A DNA stretch of 64,000 bases. Source: Eledone cirrhosa (Eukaryota). The position numbers were made by a program, and so were the translations under genes. Each line of letters begins with the position of its first letter. Within the stretch, counting starts at the first letter, position 1. Location: positions 292,578,001 to 292,642,000 of the forward strand of contig OZ024742.1 in the NCBI GenBank assembly GCA_964016885.1. The letters are read 5' to 3'. Shown in pieces: positions 50,801 through 64,000 of this stretch. The notes under the pieces are model-generated. The model did no database searches, was not told the origin of the DNA, and saw only the letters and a program-made list of their open reading frames with translations.

Positions 50801-53800
50801 ATAAACACAACTATATTACTGAGTCAAGATGATAGCTTAATAGATATATCTAGTCATAAACACAACTATATTACAGAGTCAAGGTGATAGCTTAATAGAT
50901 ATATCTAGTCATAAACACAACTATATTACTGAGTCAAGGTGATACCTTAATAGATATATCTAGTCATAAACACAACTATATTACTGAGTCAAGGTGATAG
51001 CTTAATAGATATATCTGGTCACAAACACAACTATACTTAGTCAAGGTGATAGCTTAATAGATATATCTGGTCATAAACACAACTATACTGAGTCAAGGTG
51101 ATAGCTTAATAGATATATCTAGTCATAAACACAACTATATTACTGAGTCAAGGTGATAGCTTAATAGATATATCTAGTCATAAACACAACTATATTACTG
51201 AGTCAAGGTGATAGCTTAATAGATATATCTAGTCATAAACACAACTATACTGAGTCAAGGTGGTAGCTTAATAGATATATCTAGTCATAAACACAACTAT
51301 ATTACTGAGTCAAGGTGATAGCTTAATAGATATATCTAGTCATAAACACAACTATATTACTGAGTCAAGGTGATAGCTTAATAGACATATCTAGTCATAA
51401 ACACAACTATATTACTGATTCAAGGTGATAGCTTAATAGATATATCTAGTCATAAACACAACTATATTACTGAGTCAAGGTGATAGCTTAATAGATATAT
51501 CTGGTCATAAACACAACTCTACTGAGTCAAGGTGATAGCTTAATAGATATATCTAGTCGTAAACACAACTATATAACTGAGTCAAGGTGATAGCTTAATA
51601 GATATATCTAGTCATAAACACAACTATACTGAGTCAAGGTGATAGCTTAATAGATATATCTGGTCATAAACACAACTATACTGAGTCAAGGTGATAGCTT
51701 AATAGATATATCTGGTCAAAAACACAACTATACTGTGTCAAGGTGATAGCTTAATAGATATATCTAGTCATAAACACAACTATATTACTGAGTCAAGATG
51801 ATGGCTTAATAGATATATCTAGTCATAAACACAACTATATTACTGAGTCAAGGTGTTAGCTTAATAGATATATCTAGTCATAAACACAACTATACTGAGT
51901 CAAGGTGATAGCTTAATAGATATATCTGGTTATAAACACAACTATACTGAGTCAAGGTGATAGCTTAATAGATATATCTAGTCATAAACACAACTATATT
52001 ACTGAGTCAAGGTGATAGCTTAATAGATATATCTAGTCATAAACACAACTATATTACTGAGTCAAGGTGATAGCTTAATAGATATATCTAGTCATAAACA
52101 CAACTATATTACTGAGTCAAGGTGATAGCTTAATAGATATATCTAGTCATAAACACAACTATACTGAGTCAAGGTGATAGCTTAATAGATATATCTGGTC
52201 ATAAACACAACTATACCGAGTTAAGGTGATAGCTTAATAGATATATCTGGTCATAAACACAACTATACTGAGTCAAGGTGATAGTTTAATAGATATATCT
52301 AGTCATAAACACAACTATACTGAGTCAAGGTGATAGCTTAATAGATATATCTAGTCATAAACACAACTATATAACTGAGTCAAGGTGATAGCTTAATAGA
52401 TATATCTAGTCATAAACACAACTATATTACTGAGTCAAGGTGATAGATTAATAGATATATCTGGTCATAAACACAACTATACTGTGTCAAGGTGATAGCT
52501 TAATAGATATATCTAGTCATAAACACAACTATATTACTGAGTCAAGATGATAGCTTAATAGATATATCTAGTCATAAACACAACTATATTACAGAGTCAA
52601 GGTGATAGCTTAATAGATATATCTAGTCATAAACACAACTATATTACTGAGTCAAGGTGATACCTTAATAGATATATCTAGTCATAAACACAACTATATT
52701 ACTGAGTCAAGGTGATAGCTTAATAGATATATCTGGTCATAAACACAACTATACTTAGTCAAGGTGATAGCTTAATAGATATATCTGGTCATAAACACAA
52801 CTATACTGAGTCAAGGTGATAGCTTAATAGATATATCTAGTCATAAACACAACTATATTACTGAGTCAAGGTGATAGCTTAATAGATATATCTAGTCATA
52901 AACACAACTATATTACTGAGTCAAGGTGATAGCTTAATAGATATATCTAGTCATAAACACAACTATACTGAGTCAAGGTGATAGCTTATTAGATATATCT
53001 GGTCATAAACACAACTATACCGAGTTAAGGTGATAGCTTAATAGATATATCTGGTCATAAACACAACTATACTGAGTCAAGGTGATAGATTAATAGATAT
53101 ATCTAGTCATAAACACAACTATACTGAGTCAAGGTGATAGCTTAATAGATATATCTAGTCATAAACACAACTATATAACTGAGTCAAGGTGATAGCTTAA
53201 TAGATATATCTAGTCATAAACACAACTATATTACTGAGTCAAGGTGATAGCTTAATAGATATATCTGGTCATAAACACAACTATAATGTGTCAAGGTGAT
53301 AGCTTAATAGATATATCTAGTCATAAACACAACTATATTACTGAGTCGTCAAGGTGATAGCTTAATAGATATATCTAGTCATAAACACAACTATATTACT
53401 GAGTGAAGGTGATAGCTTAATAGATATATCTAGTCATAAACACAACTATACTGAGTCAAGGTGATAGCTTAATAGATATATCTGGTCATAAGCACAACTA
53501 TACTGAGTCAAGGTGATAGCTTAATAGATATATCTAGTCGTAAACACAACTATATAACTGAGTCAAGGTGATAGCTTAATAGATATATCTAGTCATAAAC
53601 ACAACTATACTGAGTCAAGGTGATAGCTTAATAGATATATCTGGTCATAAACACAACTATACTGAGTCAAGGTGATAGCTTAATAGATATATCTGGTCAA
53701 AACACAACTATACTGTGTCAAGGTGATAGCTTAATAGATATATCTAGTCATAAACACAACTATATTACTGAGTCAAGATGATAGCTTAATAGATATATCT

Positions 53801-56800
53801 AGTCATAAACACAACTATATTACTGAGTCAAGGTGTTAGCTTAATAGATATATCTAGTCATAAACACAACTATACTGAGTCAAGGTGATAGCTTAATAGA
53901 TATATCTGGTTATAAACACAACTATACTGAGTCAAGGTGATAGCTTAATAGATATATCTAGTCATAAACACAACTATATTACTGAGTCAAGGTGATAGCT
54001 TAATAGATATATCTAGTCATAAACACAACTATATTACTGAGTCAAGGTGATAGCTTAATAGATATATCTAGTCATAAACACAACTATACTGAGTCAAGGT
54101 GATAGCTTATTAGATATATCTGGTCATAAACACAACTATACCGAGTTAAGGTGATAGCTTAATAGATATATCTGGTCATAAACACAACTATACTGAGTCA
54201 AGGTGATAGATTAATAGATATATCTAGTCATAAACACAACTATACTGAGTCAAGGTGATAGCTTAATAGATATATCTAGTCATAAACACAACTATATAAC
54301 TGAGTCAAGGTGATAGCTTAATAGATATATCTAGTCATAAACACAACTATATTACTGAGTCAAGGTGATAGCTTAATAGATATATCTGGTCATAAACACA
54401 ACTATACTGTGTCAAGGTGATAGCTTAATAGATATATCTAGTCATAAACACAACTATATTACTGAGTCAAGGTGATAGCTTAATAGATATATCTAGTCAT
54501 AAACACAACTATATTACTGAGTGAAGGTGATAGCTTAATAGATATATCTAGTCATAAACACAACTATACTGAGTCAAGGTGATAGCTTAATAGATATATC
54601 TGGTCATAAGCACAACTATACTGAGTCAAGGTGATAGCTTAATAGTTATATCTAGTCGTAAACACAACTATATAACTGAGTCAAGGTGATAGCTTAATAG
54701 ATATATCTAGTCATAAACACAACTATACTGAGTCAAGGTGATAGCTTAATAGATATATCTGGTCATAAACACAACTATACTGAGTCAAGGTGATAGCTTA
54801 ATAGATATATCTGGTCAAAACACAACTATACTGTGTCAAGGTGATAGCTTAATAGATATATCTAGTCATAAACACAACTATATTACTGAGTCAAGATGAT
54901 AGCTTAATAGATATATCTAGTCATAAACACAACTATATTACTGAGTCAAGGTGTTAGCTTAATAGATATATCTAGTCATAAACACAACTATACTGAGTCA
55001 AGGTGATAGCTTAATAGATATATCTGGTTATAAACACAACTATACTGAGTCAAGGTGATAGCTTAATAGATATATCTAGTCATAAACACAACTATATTAC
55101 TGAGTCAAGGTGATAGCTTAATAGATATATCTAGTCATAAACACAACTATACTGAGTCAAGGTGATAGCTTAATAGATATATCTGGTCATAAACACAACT
55201 ATACCGAGTTAAGGTGATAGCTTAATAGATATATCTGGTCATAAACACAACTATACTGAGTCAAGGTGATAGTTTAATAGATATATCTAGTCATAAACAC
55301 AACTATACTGAGTCAAGGTGATAGCTTAATAGATATATCTAGTCATAAACACAACTATATAACTGAGTCAGGGTGATAGCTTAATAGATATATCTAGTCA
55401 TAAACACAACTATATTACTGAGTCAAGGTGATAGATTAATAGATATATCTGGTCATAAACACAACTATACTGTGTCAAGGTGATAGCTTAATAGATATAT
55501 CTAGTCATAAACACAACTATATTACTGAGTCAAGATGATAGCTTAATAGATATATCTAGTCATAAACACAACTATATTACTGAGTCATGGTGATACCTTA
55601 ATAGATATATCTAGTCATAAACACAACTATATTACTGAGTCAAGGTGATAGCTTAATAGATATATCTGGTCATAAACACAACTATACTTAGTCAAGGTGA
55701 TAGCTTAATAGATATATCTGGTCATAAACACAACTATACTGAGTCAAGGTGATAGCTTAATAGATATATCTAGTCATAAACACAACTATATTACTGAGTC
55801 AAGGTGATAGCTTAATAGATATATCTAGTCATAAACACAACTATATTACTGAGTCAAGGTGATAGCTTAATAGATATATCTAGTCATAAACACAACTATA
55901 CTGAGTCAAGGTGATAGCTTATTAGATATATCTGGTCATAAACACAACTATACCGAGTTAAGGTGATAGCTTAATAGATATATCTGGTCATAAACACAAC
56001 TATACTGAGTCAAGGTGATAGATTAATAGATATATCTAGTCATAAACACTACTATACTGAGTCAAGGTGATAGCTTAATAGATATATCTAGTCATAAACA
56101 CAACTATATTACTGAGTCAAGGTGATAGCTTAATAGATATATCTGGTCATAAACACAACTATACTGTGTCAAGGTGATAGCTTAATAGATATATCTAGTC
56201 ATAAACACAACTATATTACTGAGTCAAGGTGATAGCTTAATAGATATATCTAGTCATAAACACAACTATATTACTGAGTGAAGGTGATAGCTTAATAGAT
56301 ATATCTAGTCATAAACACAACTATACTGAGTCAAGGTGATAGCTTAATAGATATATCTGGTCATAAACACAACTATACTGAGTCAAGGTGATAGCTTAAT
56401 AGATATATCTAGTCATAAACACAACTATATTACTGAGTCAAGGTGATAGCTTAATAGATATATCTAGTCATAAACACAACTATACTGAGTCAAGGTGATA
56501 GCTTAATAGATATATCTGGTCATAAACACAACTATACCAAGTTAAGGTGATAGCTTAATAGATATATCTGGTCATAAACACAACTATACTGAGTCAAGGT
56601 GATAGCTTAATAGATATATCTAGTCATAAACACAACTATACTGAGTCAAGGTGATAGCTTAATAGATATATCTAGTCATAAACACAACTATATAATTGAG
56701 TCAAGGTGATAGCTTAATAGATATATCTAGTCATAAACACAACTATATTACTGAATCAAGGTGATAGCTTAATAGATATATCTGGTCATAAACACAACTA

Positions 56801-59800
56801 TACTGTGTCAAGGTGATAGCTTAATAGATATATCTAGTCATAAACACAACTATATTACTGAGTCAAAGTGATAGCTTAATAGATATATCTAGTCATAAAC
56901 ACAACTATATTACTGAGTCAAGGTGATAGCTTAATAGATATATCTAGTCATAAACACAACTATACTGAGTCAAGGTGATAGCTTAATAGATATATCTGGT
57001 CATAAACACAACTATACTGAGTCAAGGTGATAGCTTAATAGATATATCTACTCATAAACACAACTATATTACTGAGTCAAGGTGATAGCTTAATAGATAT
57101 ATCTAGTCATAAACACAACTATATTACTGAGTCAAGGTGATAGCTTAATAGATATATCTGGTCATAAACACAACTATACCGAGTTAAGGTGATAGCTTAA
57201 TAGATATATCTGGTCATAAACACAACAATACTGAGTCAAGGTGATAGCTTAATAGATATATCTAGTCATAAACACAACTATATTACTGAGTCAAGGTGAT
57301 AGCTTAATAGATATATCTAGTCATCAACACAACTATATTACTGAGTCAAGGTGATAGCTTAATAGATATATCTGGTCATAAACACAACTATACCGAGTTA
57401 AGGTGATAGCTTAATAGATATATCTGGTCATAAACACAACTATACTGAGTCAAGGTGATAGCTTAATAGATATATCTAGTCATAAACACAACTATTCTGA
57501 GTCAAGGTGATAGCTTAATAGATATATCTAGTCATAAACACAACTATATAACTGAGTCAAGCTGATAGCTTAATAGATATATGTAGTCATAAACACAACT
57601 TTATTACTGAGTCAAGGTGATAGCTTAATAGATATATCTAGTCATAAACACAACTATACTGTGTCAAGGTGATAGCTTAATAGATATATCTAGTCATAAA
57701 CACAACTATATTACTGAGTCAAGGTGATAGCTTAATAGATATATCTAGTCATAAACACAACTTTATTACTGAGTCAAGGTGATAGCTTAATAGATATATC
57801 TAGTGATAAACACAACTATACTGAGTCAAGGTGATAGCTTAATAGATATATCTGGTCATAAACACAACTATACTGAGTCAAGGTGGTAGCTTAATAGATA
57901 TATCTAGTCATAAACACAACTATATTACTGAGTCAAGGTGATAGCTTAATAGATATATCTAGTCATAAACACAACTATATTACTGAGTCAAGGTGATAGC
58001 TTAATAGACATATCTAGTCATAAACACAACTATATTACTGATTCAAGGTGATAGCTTAATAGATATATCTAGTCATAAACACAACTATATTACTGAGTCA
58101 AGGTGATAGCTTAATAGATATATCTGGTCATAAACACAACTCTACTGAGTCAAGGTGATAGCTTAATAGATATATCTAGTCGTAAACACAACTATATAAC
58201 TGAGTCAAGGTGATAGCTTAATAGATATATCTAGTCATAAACACAACTATACTGAGTCAAGGTGATAGCTTAATAGATATATCTGGTCATAAACACAACT
58301 ATACTGAGTCAAGGTGATAGCTTAATAGATATATCTGGTCAAAAACACAACTATACTGTGTCAAGGTGATAGCTTAATAGATATATCTAGTCATAAACAC
58401 AACTATATTACTGAGTCAAGATGATAGCTTAATAGATATATCTAGTCATAAACACAACTATATTACTGAGTCAAGGTGTTAGCTTAATAGATATATCTAG
58501 TCATAAACACAACTATACTGAGTCAAGGTGATAGCTTAATAGATATATCTGGTTATAAACACAACTATACTGAGTCAAGGTGATAGCTTAATAGATATAT
58601 CTAGTCATAAACACAACTATATTACTGAGTCAAGGTGATAGCTTAATAGATATATCTAGTCATAAACACAACTATATTACTGAGTCAAGGTGATAGCTTA
58701 ATAGATATATCTAGTCATAAACACAACTATATTACTGAGTCAAGGTGATAGCTTAATAGATATATCTAGTCATAAACACAACTATACTGAGTCAAGGTGA
58801 TAGCTTAATAGATATATCTGGTCATAAACACAACTATACCGAGTTAAGGTGATAGCTTAATAGATATATCTGGTCATAAACACAACTATACTGAGTCAAG
58901 GTGATAGTTTAATAGATATATCTAGTCGTAAACACAACTATATAACTGAGTCAAGGTGATAGCTTAATAGATATATCTAGTCATAAACACAACTATACTG
59001 AGTCAAGGTGATAGCTTAATAGATATATCTGGTCATAAACACAACTATACTGAGTCAAGGTGATAGCTTAATAGATATATCTACTCATAAACACAACTAT
59101 ATTACTGAGTCAAGGTGATAGCTTAATAGATATATCTAGTCATAAACACAACTATATTACTGAGTCAAGGTGATAGCTTAATAGATATATCTGGTCATAA
59201 ACACAACTATACCGAGTTAAGGTGATAGCTTAATAGATATATCTGGTCATAAACACAACTATACTGAGTCAAGGTGATAGCTTAATAGATATATCTAGTC
59301 ATAAACACAACTATATTACTGAGTCAAGGTGATAGCTTAATAGATATATCTAGTCATCAACACAACTATATTACTGAGTCAAGGTGATAGCTTAATAGAT
59401 ATATCTGGTCATAAACACAACTATACCGAGTTAAGGTGATAGCTTAATAGATATATCTGGTCATAAACACAACTATACTGAGTCAAGGTGATAGCTTAAT
59501 AGATATATCTAGTCATAAACACAACTATTCTGAGTCAAGGTGATAGCTTAATAGATATATCTAGTCATAAACACAACTATATAACTGAGTCAAGCTGATA
59601 GCTTAATAGATATATGTAGTCATAAACACAACTTTATTACTGAGTCAAGGTGATAGCTTAATAGATATATCTAGTCATAAACACAACTATACTGTGTCAA
59701 GGTGATAGCTTAATAGATATATCTAGTCATAAACACAACTATATTACTGAGTCAAGGTGATAGCTTAATAGATATATCTAGTCATAAACACAACTTTATT

Positions 59801-62800
59801 ACTGAGTCAAGGTGATAGCTTAATAGATATATCTAGTGATAAACACAACTATACTGAGTCAAGGTGATAGCTTAATAGATATATCTGGTCATAAACACAA
59901 CTATACTGAGTCAAGGTGGTAGCTTAATAGATATATCTAGTCATAAACACAACTATATTACTGAGTCAAGGTGATAGCTTAATAGATATATCTAGTCATA
60001 AACACAACTATATTACTGAGTCAAGGTGATAGCTTAATAGACATATCTAGTCATAAACACAACTATATTACTGATTCAAGGTGATAGCTTAATAGATATA
60101 TCTAGTCATAAACACAACTATATTACTGAGTCAAGGTGATAGCTTAATAGATATATCTGGTCATAAACACAACTCTACTGAGTCAAGGTGATAGCTTAAT
60201 AGATATATCTAGTCGTAAACACAACTATATAACTGAGTCAAGGTGATAGCTTAATAGATATATCTAGTCATAAACACAACTATACTGAGTCAAGGTGATA
60301 GCTTAATAGATATATCTGGTCATAAACACAGCTATACTGAGTCAAGGTGATAGCTTAATAGATATATCTGGTCAAAAACACAACTATACTGTGTCAAGGT
60401 GATAGCTTAATAGATATATCTAGTCATAAACACAACTATATTACTGAGTCAAGATGATAGCTTAATAGATATATCTAGTCATAAACACAACTATATTACT
60501 GAGTCAAGGTGTTAGCTTAATAGATATATCTAGTCATAAACACAACTATACTGAGTCAAGGTGATAGCTTAATAGATATATCTGGTTATAAACACAACTA
60601 TACTGAGTCAAAGTGATAGCTTAATAGATATATCTAGTCATAAACACAACTATATTACTGAGTCAAGGTGATAGCTTAATAGATATATCTAGTCATAAAC
60701 ACAACTATATTACTGAGTCAAGGTGATAGCTTAATAGATATATCTAGTCATAAACACAACTATATTACTGAGTCAAGGTGATAGCTTAATAGATATATCT
60801 AGTCATAAACACAACTATACTGAGTCAAGGTGATAGCTTAATAGATATATCTGGTCATAAACACAACTATACCGAGTTAAGGTGATAGCTTAATAGATAT
60901 ATCTGGTCATAAACACAACTATACTGAGTCAAGGTGATAGTTTAATAGATATATCTAGTCATAAACACAACTATACTGAGTCAAGGTGATAGCTTAATAG
61001 ATATATCTAGTCATAAACACAACTATATAACTGAGTCAAGGTGATAGCTTAATAGATATATCTAGTCATAAACACAACTATATTACTGAGTCAAGGTGAT
61101 AGATTAATAGATATATCTGGTCATAAACACAACTATACTGTGTCAAGGTGATAGCTTAATAGATATATCTAGTCATAAACACAACTATATTACTGAGTCA
61201 AGATGATAGCTTAATAGATATATCTAGTCATAAACACAACTATATTACAGAGTCAAGGTGATAGCTTAATAGATATATCTAGTCATAAACACAACTATAT
61301 TACTGAGTCAAGGTGATACCTTAATAGATATATCTAGTCATAAACACAACTATATTACTGAGTCAAGGTGATAGCTTAATAGATATATCTGGTCATAAAC
61401 ACAACTATACTTAGTCAAGGTGATAGCTTAATAGATATATCTGGTCATAAACACAACTATACTGAGTCAAGGTGATAGCTTAATAGATATATCTAGTCAT
61501 AAACACAACTATATTACTGAGTCAAGGTGATAGCTTAATAGATATATCTAGTCATAAACACAACTATATTACTGAGTCAAGGTGATAGCTTAATAGATAT
61601 ATCTAGTCATAAACACAACTATACTGAGTCAAGGTGATAGCTTATTAGATATATCTGGTCATAAACACAACTATACCGAGTTAAGGTGATAGCTTAATAG
61701 ATATATCTGGTCATAAACACAACTATACTGAGTCAAGGTGATAGATTAATAGATATATCTAGTCATAAACACAACTATACTGAGTCAAGGTGATAGCTTA
61801 ATAGATATATCTAGTCATAAACACAACTATATAACTGAGTCAAGGTGATAGCTTAATAGATATATCTAGTCATAAACACAACTATATTACTGAGTCAAGG
61901 TGATAGCTTAATAGATATATCTGGTCATAAACACAACTATACTGTGTCAAGGTGATAGCTTAATAGATATATCTAGTCATAAACACAACTATATTACTGA
62001 GTCAAGGTGATAGCTTAATAGATATATCTAGTCATAAACACAACTATATTACTGAGTGAAGGTGATAGCTTAATAGATATATCTAGTCATAAACACAACT
62101 ATACTGAGTCAAGGTGATAGCTTAATAGATATATCTGGTCATAAACACAACTATACTGAGTCAAGGTGATAGCTTAATAGATATATCTAGTCGTAAACAC
62201 AACTATATAACTGAGTCAAGGTGATAGCTTAATAGATATATCTAGTCATAAACACAACTATACTGAGTCAAGGTGATAGCTTAATAGATATATCTGGTCA
62301 TAAACACAACTATACTGAGTCAAGGTGATAGCTTAATAGATATATCTAGTCATAAACACAACTATATTACTGAGTCAAGGTGATAGCTTAATAGATATAT
62401 CTAGTCATAAACACAACTATATTACTGAGTCAAGGTGATAGCTTAATAGATATATCTAGTCATAAACACAACTATACTGAGTCAAGGTGATAGCTTAATA
62501 GATATATCTGGTCATAAACACAACTATACTGAGTCAAGGTGATAGCTTAATAGATATATCTAGTCGTAAACACAACTATATAACTGAGTCAAGGTGATAG
62601 CTTAATAGATATATCTAGTCATAAACACAACTATACTGAGTCAAGGTGATAGCTTAATAGATATATCTGGTCATAAACACAACTATACTGAGTCAAGGTG
62701 ATAGCTTAATAGATATATCTGGTCAAAAACACAACTATACTGTGTCAAGGTGATAGCTTAATAGATATATCTAGTCATAAACACAACTATATTACTGAGT

Positions 62801-64000
62801 CAAGGTGATAGCTTAATAGATATATCTAGTCATAAACACAACTATATTACTGAGTCAAGGTGATAGCTTAATAGATATATCTAGTCATAAACACAACTAT
62901 ATTACTGAGTCAAGGTGATAGCTTAATAGATATATCTAGTCATAAACACAACTATACTGAGTCAAGGTGATAGCTTAATAGATATATCTGGTCATAAACA
63001 CAACTATACCGAGTTAAGGTGATAGCTTAATAGATATATCTGGTCATAAACACAACTATACTGAGTCAAGGTGATAGTTTAATAGATATATCTAGTCATA
63101 AACACAACTATACTGAGTCAAGGTGATAGCTTAATAGATATATCTAGTCATAAACACAACTATATAACTGAGTCAAGGTGATAGCTTAATAGATATATCT
63201 AGTCATAAACACAACTATATTACTGAGTCAAGGTGATAGATTAATAGATATATCTGGTCATAAACACAACTATACTGTGTCAAGGTGATAGCTTAATAGA
63301 TATATCTAGTCATAAACACAACTATATTACTGAGTCAAGATGATAGCTTAATAGATATATCTCGTCATAAACACAACTATATTACTGAGTCAAGGTGATA
63401 GCTTAATAGATATATCTAGTCATAAACACAACTATATTACTGAGTCAAGGTGATAGCTTAATAGATATATCTAGTCATAAACACAACTATACTGAGTCAA
63501 GGTGATAGCTTATTAGATATATCTGGTCATAAACACAACTATACCGAGTTAAGGTGATAACTTAATAGATATATCTGGTCATAAACACAACTATACTGAA
63601 TCAAGGTGATAGATTAATAGATATATCTAGTCATAAACACTACTATACTGACTCAAGGTGATAGCTTAATAGATATATCTAGTCATAAACACAACTATAT
63701 AACTGAGTCAAGGTGATAGCTTAATAGATATATCTAGTCATAAACACAACTATATTACTGAGTCAAGGTGATAGCTTAATAGATATATCTGGTCATAAAC
63801 ACAACTATACTGTGTCAAGGTGATAGCTTAATAGATATATCTAGTCATAAACACAACTATATTACTGAGTCAAGGTGATAGCTTAATAGATATATCTAGT
63901 CATAAACACAACTATATTACTGAGTGAAGGTGATAGCTTAATAGATATATCTAGTCATAAACACAACTATACTGAGTCAAGGTGATAGCTTAATAGATAT
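35849..64000. repeat. Satellite DNA array, 52/55-bp monomers with higher-order structure (runs off window end)
   Basis: Consensus TTAATAGATATATCT(A/G)GTCATAAACACAACTATA(TTA)CTGAGTCAAGGTGATAGC, roughly 525 monomers by length; no ORFs in the track. Confidence 0.98.

Noticed and set aside
35849-64000. CRISPR array
   Set aside because: No unique spacers: the whole unit repeats. No cas genes, and the context is eukaryotic.

Overview
AT-rich eukaryotic (animal) repetitive DNA. The SINE/LINE repertoire and microsatellite load resemble a coleoid cephalopod (octopus-like); that assignment is an inference. No host protein-coding gene can be supported. Bases 1-35.8 kb are a mosaic of microsatellites and transposons: (i) a cluster of 5'-truncated RTE-clade LINEs (9.8-16.8 kb) sitting in (TA)n tracts, whose ORF carries a C4HC3 PHD-like finger inside the RT region; (ii) a near full-length, degenerate Tx1/L1-clade LINE (20987-27006) flanked in tandem by two 5'-truncated relatives, all at one (TCTA)n-like site with clear target-site duplications for two of them; (iii) tRNA-derived SINEs of at least two types; (iv) piggyBac-, hAT- and Tc1/mariner-type MITEs; (v) hammerhead-like motifs and small LINE remnants. 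From 35849 to the window end (>28 kb) is a homogeneous 52/55-bp satellite array with nested higher-order repeats (639, 1718, 2033, 2941 and 6055 bp periods read from diagnostic variants). All identifications were made by eye, without database searches.
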